In this document: one piece after another, positions 11,720 to 23,767 of the stretch
Numbering within the stretch: position 1 is the first letter of the stretch
Layout of the letters: every line of letters starts with the position of its first letter
Assembly (NCBI RefSeq): GCF_025356595.1
Contig: NZ_JANXSQ010000167.1
DNA length: 64,000 bases
Strand: one strand, 5' to 3'
From: Janthinobacterium sp.
GTDB lineage: Bacteria > Pseudomonadota > Gammaproteobacteria > Burkholderiales > Burkholderiaceae_D
The notes under the pieces: generated by a model
The model's input: the letters and a program-made list of their open reading frames with translations, nothing else
Databases searched by the model: none
What the model was told of the DNA's origin: nothing
Position numbers and translations under genes: made by a program

Positions 11720-13105
11720 ATGAACGCCCCCTCAGATCCGCAACTAGATTCCCTCCGTATTCCGCCGCACTCGATCGAAGCAGAACAGTCCGTCATCGGC
11801 GGTTTGCTGCGCGACAACGCCGCGTGGGACCGCATCGCCGACTTCATGCACGCGGAGGATTTCTACCGCTACGACCACCGCATCATCTTCGAGCAGATCG
11901 TCAAGATGATCAACGCCTCGCGTCCGGCCGACGTGATCACCGTCTACGAGACGCTGACCCAGTTGGGCAAGGCCGACGAAGTGGGCGGCCTGGTGTACCT
12001 GAACGCGATGGCGCAGAACACGCCCTCGGCCGCCAACATCCGCCGCTACGCCGAGATCGTGCGCGACCGCGGCGTGCTGCGCAAACTCATCACCGTTGCC
12101 GACGACATCTCCGGCACCGCCTTCAGCCCGCAGGGCAAGGAAGTCAAGCAGATGCTCGACGAGGCCGAGTCGAAGATCTTCGCCATCGCCGAGGAGGGCG
12201 CCCGCGGCGCCCAGGGCTGGACCGCGATCCAGCCGCTGCTGACCCAGGTGGTGGAGCGCATCGACGAACTCTACAGCCGCGACAACCAGAGTGAAATCAC
12301 CGGCGTGCCGACCGGTTTCATCGACCTCGACCGCATGACCTCGGGTTTGCAGCCGGGCGATCTGGTCATCGTCGCGGGCCGCCCGTCGATGGGTAAGACT
12401 GCGTTTTCCGTCAACATCGGCGAGAACGTCGCCATCGACAGCGGCCTGCCGGTCGCCATCTTCTCGATGGAGATGGGCGGCTCCCAGCTGGCCATGCGTA
12501 TGCTCGGCTCGGTCGGCCAGCTCGACCAGCACCGCCTGCGCACCGGCCGCCTGAACGACGAGGATTGGCCGCGCCTGACCCACGCGATCCAGAAGATGAA
12601 CGACGCCCAGTTGTACATCGACGAGACGCCGGCCCTGAACTCCATCGAGCTGCGCGCCCGCTCGCGGCGCCTGTCGCGCCAGTGCGGCAAGCTCGGCCTG
12701 ATCATCGTCGATTACTTGCAACTGATGTCGGCCAACAGTCCCGGCGACAACCGCGCCACCGAGATTTCCGAAATCTCGCGCGGCCTGAAGGGCCTGGCCA
12801 AGGAGCTCGGTTGCCCGGTGATCGCGCTGTCGCAGCTGAACCGCTCGCTCGAGCAGCGTCCCAACAAGCGTCCGGTGATGTCCGATTTGCGCGAATCGGG
12901 CGCTATCGAGCAGGATGCCGACGTGATCCTGTTCATTTACCGCGACGAGGTTTACAATCCCGACTCGCCCGACAAGGGCACCGCCGAAATCATCATCGGT
13001 AAGCAACGTAACGGACCGATCGGCAGCATCCGCCTCACCTTCATGGGGCAATACACCAAATTTGGCAATTACAGCGGTGGTCTGGCGCTCTATCAGGGCG
13101 ACTAA
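11720..13105 (+). CDS. dnaB: Replicative DNA helicase DnaB
   Basis: IPPHSIEAEQSVIGGLL N-terminal domain. Walker A GRPSMGKT. 461 aa, so no intein. Confidence 0.97.
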   Translation: MNAPSDPQLDSLRIPPHSIEAEQSVIGGLLRDNAAWDRIADFMHAEDFYRYDHRIIFEQIVKMINASRPADVITVYETLTQLGKADEVGGLVYLNAMAQNTPSAANIRRYAEIVRDRGVLRKLITVADDISGTAFSPQGKEVKQMLDEAESKIFAIAEEGARGAQGWTAIQPLLTQVVERIDELYSRDNQSEITGVPTGFIDLDRMTSGLQPGDLVIVAGRPSMGKTAFSVNIGENVAIDSGLPVAIFSMEMGGSQLAMRMLGSVGQLDQHRLRTGRLNDEDWPRLTHAIQKMNDAQLYIDETPALNSIELRARSRRLSRQCGKLGLIIVDYLQLMSANSPGDNRATEISEISRGLKGLAKELGCPVIALSQLNRSLEQRPNKRPVMSDLRESGAIEQDADVILFIYRDEVYNPDSPDKGTAEIIIGKQRNGPIGSIRLTFMGQYTKFGNYSGGLALYQGD

Positions 13106-13167
13106 CACCGGCGATGCCATCGGCAGCCCCCGTCGCGGGGCGCCTTCCCGCAGTAAGGAGCCGTGCA

Positions 13168-13190
13168 GACATGACTGAGATAGTCATGTC
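13168..13190. promoter_or_regulatory. Perfect 9-bp inverted repeat (candidate operator or RNA hairpin) upstream of the DUF47-pit operon
   Basis: GACATGACT-gagat-AGTCATGTC, 47 nt upstream of the ATG at 13237. No T-run follows. Confidence 0.35.
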
Positions 13191-13236
13191 CGCGCGGCTT
13201 CTAAATAACACGACGCAATGTTTAACGGAGAATGAC

Positions 13237-13863
13237 ATGTTTGGACGCTTGATGCCCACCGAGGGCAAATTTTTTGATTTGTTTAACCAGCACGCCGAAC
13301 TGTGCGTCAAAGGCGCCAAAGAAATGTTGGGTCTGATGACCAACTTCGACGATCTGGAAAATCGCGTGCACGCGATCGAAAGCATCGAAAAACAGGCCGA
13401 CAAGGTCACCTACGCGACGGTCGAAATGCTGCACAAGACCTTCATCACGCCGATCGACCGCGACGACATCCACCAGCTGATCACGCGCATGGACGACATC
13501 CTCGATCTGATGGAGGACGCCGCCCAGACCGTCTCGCTGTACGACTTGAAAGCCGTCACGCCGGAAGCCAAGCGGCTCGCCGAACTGGTGCTGGCCTGCT
13601 GCGAGAAGGTGCGCGATGCCGTCGCCATGCTGCACAATATGGACAATTCGCGCAAGATCGTCGCCATTTGCGAAGAGATCGACCGGCTTGAGTCGGACGC
13701 CGACCATGTGATGCGCGCCGCCATGTCGAAGCTGTTCCGCGACGAACCGGACGTGCGCAACCTGATCAAGCTGAAAGCCATCTACGAAATTCTGGAAACG
13801 GTCACCGACCGTTGCGAGGACGTCGCCAACATCATCGAAGGCATCATCGTCGAAAACGCGTAA
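13237..13863 (+). CDS. DUF47 / TIGR00153-type PhoU-like phosphate transport regulator
   Basis: Internal ATG at 13237 (MFGRLMPTEGKFFDLFNQHAE..). Helical-bundle PhoU-like sequence. Immediately upstream of a Pit transporter, which is the usual pairing. Confidence 0.88.
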   Translation: MFGRLMPTEGKFFDLFNQHAELCVKGAKEMLGLMTNFDDLENRVHAIESIEKQADKVTYATVEMLHKTFITPIDRDDIHQLITRMDDILDLMEDAAQTVSLYDLKAVTPEAKRLAELVLACCEKVRDAVAMLHNMDNSRKIVAICEEIDRLESDADHVMRAAMSKLFRDEPDVRNLIKLKAIYEILETVTDRCEDVANIIEGIIVENA

Positions 13864-13913
13864 GGCCTTGATACGCCCGTCCTGAAATAGCCAGAAATCG
13901 AAAAGAAAAATCC

Positions 13914-14927
13914 ATGCAAACCCTACAAATCAGCATCTACGCGCTGGGCCTGTTGATCGCACTCGCGCTGCTGTTTGACTTCATGAACGGCTTCCACGAC
14001 GCCGCCAACGCCATCGCGACGGTGGTCTCGACGGGCGTGCTGAAGCCGCAGACGGCGGTCGCCATGGCCGCCTGCTTCAACTTTGTCGCCATCTTCATCT
14101 TCCACCAACTGACCGTGGCGACCACCGTCGGCAAGGGCACCATCGACCCCACCGTGGTGGACCAGTACGTCATCTTCGGCGCCCTGATGGGCGCCATCGT
14201 GTGGAATCTGTTCACCTGGTACTACGGCATTCCATCGTCCTCCTCGCACGCCCTGATCGGCGGCCTGGTCGGCGCCGCCGTCGCCAAGTCCGGCACCGGC
14301 GCGCTGGTCTCGGCCGGCCTGCTGAAAACCGTGCTGTTCATCGTCGTCTCGCCGCTGCTCGGCTTCGTCTTCGGCTCCATCATCATGCTGATGGTGTCGT
14401 GGATCTTCGTGCGCTCGACGCCGCGGCGGGTCGACAAGTGGTTCCGCCGCCTGCAACTGCTGTCGGCGGCCGCCTACAGCCTGGGCCACGGCGGCAACGA
14501 CGCACAAAAAACCATCGGTATCATCTGGATGTTGTTGATCGCCGCCGGTTACTCGCAGGCCACCGACGCGATGCCGCCGCTGTGGGTCATCATCTCCTGC
14601 TACACGGCGATCAGCTTCGGCACCCTGTTCGGCGGCTGGCGCATCGTCAAGACCATGGGCCAGAAGATCACCAAGCTGAAACCGGTCGGCGGCTTCTGCG
14701 CCGAAACGGGCGGCGCCATCACGCTTTTCATCTCGACGGCGCTGGGCGTGCCCGTGTCGACCACGCACACCATCACCGGCGCCATCGTCGGCGTCGGTTC
14801 GGCGCAACGCCTGTCGGCGGTGCGCTGGGGCGTCGCGGGCAACATCGTCTGGGCCTGGATCTTCACGATTCCCGCTTCGGCCTTCGTCGCCGCCGTGGCC
14901 TGGTGGGTTGGCCATCACATCATGTAA
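13914..14927 (+). CDS. pit: Inorganic phosphate transporter, PiT family
   Basis: FDFMNGFHDAANAIATVV and GHGGNDAQKTIG duplicated PiT signatures. Multi-TM protein. Confidence 0.95.
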   Translation: MQTLQISIYALGLLIALALLFDFMNGFHDAANAIATVVSTGVLKPQTAVAMAACFNFVAIFIFHQLTVATTVGKGTIDPTVVDQYVIFGALMGAIVWNLFTWYYGIPSSSSHALIGGLVGAAVAKSGTGALVSAGLLKTVLFIVVSPLLGFVFGSIIMLMVSWIFVRSTPRRVDKWFRRLQLLSAAAYSLGHGGNDAQKTIGIIWMLLIAAGYSQATDAMPPLWVIISCYTAISFGTLFGGWRIVKTMGQKITKLKPVGGFCAETGGAITLFISTALGVPVSTTHTITGAIVGVGSAQRLSAVRWGVAGNIVWAWIFTIPASAFVAAVAWWVGHHIM

Positions 14928-14944
14928 GACAGTCACGCTGTCCG

Positions 14945-14985
14945 AAAAAAAGCCGCCCGCCGCCAAGCCGGGCGGCTTTTTTTTT
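14945..14985 (+). terminator. Rho-independent terminator after pit
   Basis: A7-GCCGCCCG..CGGGCGGC hairpin followed by a T9 run. Confidence 0.8.
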
Positions 14986-15104
14986 GCCCTTGTCGAGCGT
15001 GCGGCGGCTGAACTGCCTTATTGGTTGTAATTGCCTTGTGGAAATTAAATATGTACACTTGTCTGTATGTATATTTTGCATTTCCAATCAAGAGAGTCCG
15101 TACC

Positions 15105-16025
15105 ATGACAATGCAACACCGAATTTTCAGTTCGACCAAACTGGCTAAAGGCTTGGCCGCGCTGCTGCTGGCAAGCGCGGCATGCTGCGCCCATGGCGCC
15201 GAGAACTTTTTGAAGGCTCAGCACGAGAGCTCTCTGGTCCAAGCCAGGGCGGAAGAAAAATCCGCCAAGACGCCCATGGAGCAAGCTTTCGCGCTACAGG
15301 CGCAGGCGGCCAGACTCAACTCCCTCGGTCGGTCCGAGCAGGCGCTGGCCCTGATCAACCGCGCCGTGGACCTGCTGGAGCCGTCGACGAATAAGGATGT
15401 GCTCGCCACCAAGGCCGGGGTTCTGTTCGCCCTGAACGACCCGCAGGGTGCGCTGGCAGTGCTGGCGCCAAAAATCAAGGAGACGCGCGATTTCGCCGCC
15501 GGCAAGTCGCCGGGGGAGAGTATGGGGGCCCTGGCAACGTACTCGGAAGGATTCGTCACGGCGACCTTCGCGCACATGCAACTTGAGCAATGGCACGAAG
15601 CGCTCGGCACCCTGGCCGATGCCCAGGCTCCTCTGGAGGGGCCGTCCTTCTATGCCTACAAAAGTCTGGTGTACCGTTACATCATGGCGCGGGCGCAAGA
15701 CCCGTCGCTGGCGCAGGCGGAACTGGAACGCAGCGCGGTCTATTACGCGTCGCACGACAAGAGTCACTACGGCGCGCTGCTGCGCATGTGGCAGGGCGAA
15801 GACACGCTGGCGGAACTGGCAAAAATCCTTGCCGACCTGCCCGGACTGGAACAACAGGACGCTTTCGCGGAAAGCTTGTTCCACGGCGCGGCGTACGCCA
15901 AATTCGTCAAGGGCGATGCCGCCCGTAGCCAGGGCTTGCTGACTATGATGAACACGGTCGCGCCCTACGGCAGCGTGGAGTGGATTTATGGCCGGCGCGT
16001 GCTGGGCAAGGACGCCGATAAGTAG
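15105..16025 (+). CDS. Secreted helical-repeat (TPR-like) protein of unknown function
   Basis: Internal ATG at 15105. Signal peptide LAALLLASAACCAHGAENF. Ala/Leu-rich helical sequence. I recognised no family. Confidence 0.65.
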   Translation: MTMQHRIFSSTKLAKGLAALLLASAACCAHGAENFLKAQHESSLVQARAEEKSAKTPMEQAFALQAQAARLNSLGRSEQALALINRAVDLLEPSTNKDVLATKAGVLFALNDPQGALAVLAPKIKETRDFAAGKSPGESMGALATYSEGFVTATFAHMQLEQWHEALGTLADAQAPLEGPSFYAYKSLVYRYIMARAQDPSLAQAELERSAVYYASHDKSHYGALLRMWQGEDTLAELAKILADLPGLEQQDAFAESLFHGAAYAKFVKGDAARSQGLLTMMNTVAPYGSVEWIYGRRVLGKDADK

Positions 16026-16139
16026 CATCCCAACATTTCTGCACCGCTCGGTCGGGGAAATATTCCACAATTCAATATTGCATCGTGCTACATTCACGCC
16101 TGAAAAAAACGGGGCCGCTGGCGTCCCGCGTCTGAGGCG

Positions 16140-17747
16140 ATGAGAAAAGTGATGAGCGGGATGAATGAGTTAGGTATGGATGGGTTGTTGCTGCGCCATT
16201 TCGACGTCGACGGGGCGGCGCTGCCGCCGGCCGCGCTGGAGACGGCGCTGGACATGATGCGCGACTGGCTGGCGGCCGGGCGGGCGAACCCGTATCCGAC
16301 GGCGCCCTTCAGCCAGCTCAAGCGCGACTTCGCCGACCTGCCGCTGCCCGACGAAGGCATGGAGATCGAGGTCTTGCTGGCCGGCCTGCGGCGCGAGGTC
16401 TTCGCCAACACGGCGCAACTGAACCATCCGAAGTACATCGGCCACATGACCCAGGCCCTGCCGTGGATCGCCGTGCTGGCCGAGGCCTTCATCGCCACGC
16501 TGAACCAGAACCAGGTGAAGATCGAGACGGCCTACGTCTCGACGCTGATCGAAAACAAGGTGCTGGGCTGGTTGCACCAGCGCGTCTACGGGCGCAGCGA
16601 CGCCTTCTACGCCGAGGTCTTCGCCGACGGCGACACGCCCTTGGGCAATATGGTCGGCGGCGGCACGATGGGCAATCTGACGGCGCTGGCCGTGGCGCTG
16701 GAACGCCAGTTGCCGGGCGCGCGCAAGGCCGGCCTGTATGCGGCGCTGCAGCAGGCGCAATGCAGCGGCGTGGCCGTGCTGGGTTCGGCGCGCACGCACT
16801 ACTCGCTGAAGAAGGCGCTCGCCACCCTGGGGCTGGGCGAGGACGCCCTGCAACTGATTCCGGTCGACGCCGAGAACCGCATCGACCTGGCCGCGCTGGA
16901 ACGCCGCATCGCCGAGCTGAAGGAGCGCGGCGTGAAGATCCTCGCGCTGGTCGGCCTGGCCGGCAGCACCGAGACGGGCAGCATCGATCCGCTCGCCGAA
17001 CTGGCGGCGATCGCGCGGCGCGAGCAACTCTGGTTCCACGTCGACGCGGCGTGGGGTGGGGCGCTGCTGCTGGCGGACCGGTACAAGGCCCTGTATCGCG
17101 GCATCGAGCAGGCCGATTCGGTGGTCATCGACGGCCACAAGCTGTTCTGGGTGACGATGGCGCAAAGCATGGTGCTGTTCAAGGACAGCGCCAGCCTGGA
17201 CGCGCTCAAGCACAACGCCAACTACATCATCCGCGCCCGCTCGGGCGACCTGGGCCAGACCTCGCTGGAGGGCTCGCGCCGCTTCGACGCGCTGAAGCTG
17301 TGGATGTCCTTCAAGCTGCTCGGCATGCGCGGCTATGCGACGCTGCTGGGCCAGGCCGGCGTGCTGACCGAACAGATGCGCGTGCTGATCGTTGCGGACG
17401 GGGATTTCGAGTTGATCTCGGCCTCGCCGACCTTCATCCTCACCTACCGCTACGCGCCCGCCGGCGTGCAGGCGACGCTGCGCGAGCTGCTCGCCGCCGG
17501 CCGCCTGGAGGAGGCGGCCGCCGCCAACCTGCGCCTGAACGACTTGAACGCGGCGCTGCAGACGCGGCAAAAAGAGGCCGGCCAGAGTTTCGTCTCGCGC
17601 ACGGTGCTGGAATCGACCCCGTATGAAGGCGAGATCGTCGTGCTGCGCATCATCCTGACGAACGTGAAGACGACGCCGCGCCACCTGCGCGAAATCCTCG
17701 ACGAGCAAAGGCAGTTGGCGGCGGAGCTGTCGCCGCCATGCGGCTGA
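16140..17747 (+). CDS. Pyridoxal-dependent decarboxylase (group II, Glu/Tyr/Asp decarboxylase-like)
   Basis: HVDAAWGGALLL and the PLP-lysine context SVVIDGHKLFW. About 535 aa, fold-type I. Substrate not assignable by eye. Confidence 0.85.
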   Translation: MRKVMSGMNELGMDGLLLRHFDVDGAALPPAALETALDMMRDWLAAGRANPYPTAPFSQLKRDFADLPLPDEGMEIEVLLAGLRREVFANTAQLNHPKYIGHMTQALPWIAVLAEAFIATLNQNQVKIETAYVSTLIENKVLGWLHQRVYGRSDAFYAEVFADGDTPLGNMVGGGTMGNLTALAVALERQLPGARKAGLYAALQQAQCSGVAVLGSARTHYSLKKALATLGLGEDALQLIPVDAENRIDLAALERRIAELKERGVKILALVGLAGSTETGSIDPLAELAAIARREQLWFHVDAAWGGALLLADRYKALYRGIEQADSVVIDGHKLFWVTMAQSMVLFKDSASLDALKHNANYIIRARSGDLGQTSLEGSRRFDALKLWMSFKLLGMRGYATLLGQAGVLTEQMRVLIVADGDFELISASPTFILTYRYAPAGVQATLRELLAAGRLEEAAAANLRLNDLNAALQTRQKEAGQSFVSRTVLESTPYEGEIVVLRIILTNVKTTPRHLREILDEQRQLAAELSPPCG

Positions 17748-17895
17748 CTCGTGAACCGGCGGCGGGGCACCGCTGGGCTCACGTCATTGAGCGCTGAGCC
17801 CCGCTGCCCGCCCGAGTTTTCCTGCCGCCCCCGCTGCCTTTTTCCTCGGGCATTGGCGCCGTTCTGTAGGCGCCGCGCACGCTTGAAAATTCCGC

Positions 17896-17926
17896 TTGAC
17901 CTTCCCATCATTGGATAGTCGATCCT
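17896..17926 (+). promoter_or_regulatory. MerR/CueR-type copA promoter-operator with a 19-bp spacer
   Basis: TTGACC (17896-17901), 19 nt spacer, GATCCT (17921-17926). The spacer carries the dyad ACCTTCC-N7-GGATAGT. It closely parallels my recollection of E. coli PcopA (TTGACCTTCC..GGAAGGT..TAACCT). Confidence 0.75.
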
Positions 17927-17958
17927 TGACGTATCGTGCAATCACAGGATACGTCGCC

Positions 17959-20387
<2,429 letters not shown>

Positions 20388-20391
<4 letters not shown>

Positions 20392-20798
20392 TGAATATCG
20401 GACAGGCGGCGAAGGACAGCGGCGTCACGGCGAAAATGATACGCTACTATGAAAGCATCGACCTCATCAAGGCCAGCGCCCGCAGCGAGGCCGGGTATCG
20501 CACCTACACCGAGGCCGATCTGCACGCGCTGCGCTTCATCAAGCGCTCGCGCACGCTGGGCTTCTCGCTGGAACAGATCCGCGAACTGCTCTCGCTGTGG
20601 CACAACAGCGAACGGGCCAGCGCCGACGTGAAAAGCATCGCCCTGGCCCACGTGGCCGAACTCAACGAACGCATCGCCGAACTCAGCGCCATGCGCGACA
20701 CCCTGAGCCAGCTGGCCGGCGCCTGCCAGGGCGACGACCGCCCCGACTGCCCCATCCTGCGCAACCTCAGCCTGCCCGGCGCGCCCTGCTGCCGCTGA
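20388..20798 (+). CDS. cueR: Cu(I)-responsive MerR-family regulator CueR
   Basis: [23 protein letters not shown]-terminal C-x7-C metal loop (CQGDDRPDC). ATGA overlap with the copA stop. Confidence 0.92.
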
Positions 20799-20810
20799 AT
20801 AAGCGTTTCT

Positions 20811-21572
20811 TTAGCGCAGGAACATCCAGACGGTGAGCAGGGCGCCGATGAGGACCACGAAGCCGCGCATGATGCGCTCGGGCAGGCGGTGGATCAGCCA
20901 GGCGCCGCAGACGCCGCCGGCGATGCCGCCGGCCGACAGCGCGAACGCGGCCGGCCAGCTGATCATGTTGGAGAAGGCGAAGATGAGCGTGGCGGCGGCG
21001 TTCATGGCCATCGCCAGCATGTTCTTGGTGGCCGTCGCGGCGCGCACCTGCATGCCGGCGATGGTCAGCGCGGCCAGCATCAGGAAGCCGATGCCGCCGC
21101 CGAAGTAACCACCGTAGATGGCGATGCAGCTTTGCACGCCGACCAGCACCGGCAGCGGCATGGCGGCGGCCGCGTGCAGCGGTTTGCGGCGGAAGGTGCC
21201 CCAGGCGAAGACGCTGGTGGCGAACAGCACCAGCCAGGGCACGATACGGGCGAAGAAGGTGGCCGGCGTGCTCAGCAGCAGCAGCGCGCCCAGCACGCCG
21301 CCGCCCAGGCTGATGAGGAACATGGCGCGAAAGCTCAGCGGGCCGACGTCGTCGACCAGTTTGCGGCCCGCCACCGCCGACGTGGTCTGGCTGGGGAACA
21401 TGGCGATGGTCGAGGTGATGTTGGCGGCCAGCGGGTTCAGGCCGGCCAGCAGCAGGGCCGGGAAGGTGATGAAGGAACCGCCGCCGGCCAGCGCGTTCTG
21501 CACGCCGGCGATGAAGCCGGCTGCGGCGATGAGGAGGATGACGGGCAGGTCGAGCGGGGGAATCGGGGTCAT
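20811..21572 (-). CDS. TauE/SafE family sulfite/anion exporter membrane protein
   Basis: Duplicated 4-TM pattern. AGFIAGVQNALAGGGSFITFPALL signature. Confidence 0.88.
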   Translation of the reverse strand: MTPIPPLDLPVILLIAAAGFIAGVQNALAGGGSFITFPALLLAGLNPLAANITSTIAMFPSQTTSAVAGRKLVDDVGPLSFRAMFLISLGGGVLGALLLLSTPATFFARIVPWLVLFATSVFAWGTFRRKPLHAAAAMPLPVLVGVQSCIAIYGGYFGGGIGFLMLAALTIAGMQVRAATATKNMLAMAMNAAATLIFAFSNMISWPAAFALSAGGIAGGVCGAWLIHRLPERIMRGFVVLIGALLTVWMFLR

Positions 21573-21738
21573 GTGGGTCCGGCGGCTTGCGTGGTGGAAA
21601 GGGTACGCTGAATTATAACCGTCGCAATCGCGCCGGCGCGGCCGCGGCCCGGCTTTGGCCGTTTTGCGACAAGCTGTGGCGGCGGCTGGGTTATGATGGT
21701 CTCGAATGTTAAAAATAAACCATGTTTCCGGAGGCGCG

Positions 21739-22464
21739 ATGCTCTACGAACTGTATTACTGGCCGACCATCCAGGGACGCGGCGAGTTCATCCGTCTGGC
21801 GCTGGAGGAGGCGGGCGCCGCCTATGTCGACGTCGCGCGCATGCCGGCGAGCAAGGGCATGGGCATGCCGGCGCTGCTGGCCCGCCTGGACGGCGGCGCC
21901 GCCCACGCGCCGTTCGCGCCGCCGCTGTTGCGCGCCGGCGAGACGCTGATCGCGCAGACGGCGAACATCCTGCTGTTCCTGGGGCCGCGCCTGGGCCTGG
22001 CGCCGCGCGCCGAGGCGGGCCGCTTGTGGGCCCACCAGTTGCAGTTGACCATGGCCGATTTGCTCACCGAGGTGCACGATAGCCACCACCCGATCTCCGG
22101 CAATCTGTATTATGAGGACCAGAAGCGGGAAGCGAAGCGGCGCGCCGCCGATTTCACCGGCCAGCGCCTGGCCAAGTTCCTCGATTATTTCGAACTGGTG
22201 CTGGCGAACAATCCGGGCCGCGGCGCGTATCTGGTCGGCGCCCGCCTGTCGTATGTCGACTTGTCGATGTTCCAGATGATGGCCGGCCTGCGCTACGCCT
22301 TCCCGAAGGCGATGGCGCGCCTGGAGCGCGACTATCCCGGCCTGAGCGGCTTGCACGCGCGCGTGGCGCGGCGGCCGAACATCGCCGCCTACCTGGCCTC
22401 GAAGCGGCGCCTGCCGTTCAGCGAGGAGGGCATCTTCCGCCACTACCCCGAACTCGATAATTGA
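21739..22464 (+). CDS. Glutathione S-transferase family protein
   Basis: Internal ATG at 21739 (MLYELYYWPTIQGRGEFIRLALEEAG..). GST N- and C-domain pattern. Confidence 0.85.
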   Translation: MLYELYYWPTIQGRGEFIRLALEEAGAAYVDVARMPASKGMGMPALLARLDGGAAHAPFAPPLLRAGETLIAQTANILLFLGPRLGLAPRAEAGRLWAHQLQLTMADLLTEVHDSHHPISGNLYYEDQKREAKRRAADFTGQRLAKFLDYFELVLANNPGRGAYLVGARLSYVDLSMFQMMAGLRYAFPKAMARLERDYPGLSGLHARVARRPNIAAYLASKRRLPFSEEGIFRHYPELDN

Positions 22465-22787
22465 TGGTTTTTTTGAAAGATAGTACCGTGAGCATAGCGT
22501 CAGAATTGCAACGCAAGATCGTCACCGCCCGCCTGATCGGCTTCGGATTTTTCGGCCTGTTCGTCGTCGGCCTGTTCCTGCCCAAGGGCAGCCTGACCCA
22601 GGCGCTGCGGCTGGTGCCCTTCATCGGCGTGGCCGCGACGGCCTTGTACATCAACGCCAAGGCCGTCTGTCCGAAGTGCAAGCAGCGCCTGCCGCAGGAA
22701 CGCTACGGCCTCGGCCTGGACAAGAATCTGCACCGCTGCCCCGGCTGCGGCCTGGATCTGGACGCCGCCGCCGCGCCGAAGGAATAG
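22464..22787 (+). CDS. Small membrane protein with a C-terminal zinc ribbon (hypothetical)
   Basis: ATG overlaps the GST stop (TGATG). Two hydrophobic helices, then CPKC..x17..CPGC. No family recognised. Confidence 0.55.
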   Translation: MVFLKDSTVSIASELQRKIVTARLIGFGFFGLFVVGLFLPKGSLTQALRLVPFIGVAATALYINAKAVCPKCKQRLPQERYGLGLDKNLHRCPGCGLDLDAAAAPKE

Positions 22788-22933
22788 GGGCCTCCCGGAA
22801 TTCGGAAAACAAGGCTCTAAGCGGGTACGGGCTGCTTTTATCCGCCGGCTATGAGCGTGCTCCGGTCGGCGAGACGCTCCGCTGTGAGCGGATCGACAGC
22901 ATGCTAAGTACCCCATCAAAAACAAAGCCGCTT

Positions 22934-23650
22934 ATGTCTCGCACCGAAAGATTGTTCGATCTGATTCAGACCCTGCGAAGCCATCGTTTTCCAGTTACTG
23001 GCGCGCATCTGGCTAAAGAACTGGGAATAAGCCTTCGTACGCTTTACCGGGATATCGCCACCCTGCAGGGGCAAGGTGCCAACATTGAAGGCGAGCCCGG
23101 GCTTGGTTATGTTTTGCGCCCCGGATTTATGCTGCCACCATTGATGTTTACTGAGGAGGAAATAGAGGCGCTCGTCCTGGGTTCCCGCTGGGTGGCCGAA
23201 CGGGCCGACCTACAGCTGAGCAAGGCTGCCAAAGGAGCGTTAGCAAAGATCGCCTCTGTTTTGCCCCAAGACCTGCGCAATACAATTGACGCCAATTCAT
23301 TGGTGGTCGGTAAAGGCGAGAAAACCGAATCCGAGGCAATCGATCTGTCGCAGATTCGCAGGGCCATCCGAGTCGAGCATAAGGCTGTGATCCAGTATCT
23401 CGATCTCAAGGGGAATATTTCTGAGCGAACCATTTGGCCGCTTGCGCTAGCTTATTTTGATCATGTCCGGATGCTCGCCGGGTGGTGTGAACTACGGCAA
23501 GAGTTCCGTCATTTCAGGACCGACCGTATATCTGCTGTGACGGTCAAGCCAGAGCGCTATCCTCGTCGTCGCTGTGTCTTGCTTAAAGAGTGGCGCGAAG
23601 TGGACGTTCTTCAGCGACATCATGCGCAAGGGAGCCGGCTGGGAGTGTAG
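22934..23650 (+). CDS. YafY-family transcriptional regulator (HTH + WYL domain)
   Basis: Internal ATG at 22934. MSRTERLFDLIQTLRSHRFPVTGAHLAKELGISLRTLYRDIATLQGQG is a typical YafY/DeoR-type HTH. WYL-like C-terminal half. Confidence 0.9.
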   Translation: MSRTERLFDLIQTLRSHRFPVTGAHLAKELGISLRTLYRDIATLQGQGANIEGEPGLGYVLRPGFMLPPLMFTEEEIEALVLGSRWVAERADLQLSKAAKGALAKIASVLPQDLRNTIDANSLVVGKGEKTESEAIDLSQIRRAIRVEHKAVIQYLDLKGNISERTIWPLALAYFDHVRMLAGWCELRQEFRHFRTDRISAVTVKPERYPRRRCVLLKEWREVDVLQRHHAQGSRLGV

Positions 23651-23767
23651 CGGGTTTCACCAAGGCTGGTGAGGAGGGCTTGTTGTTGATCTGCGTCACT
23701 GCTGACACTTTCTGACAGTATGCAGAACGACAATGACAGCATTCTCACTAAGCAAGGAGTTTGAACC

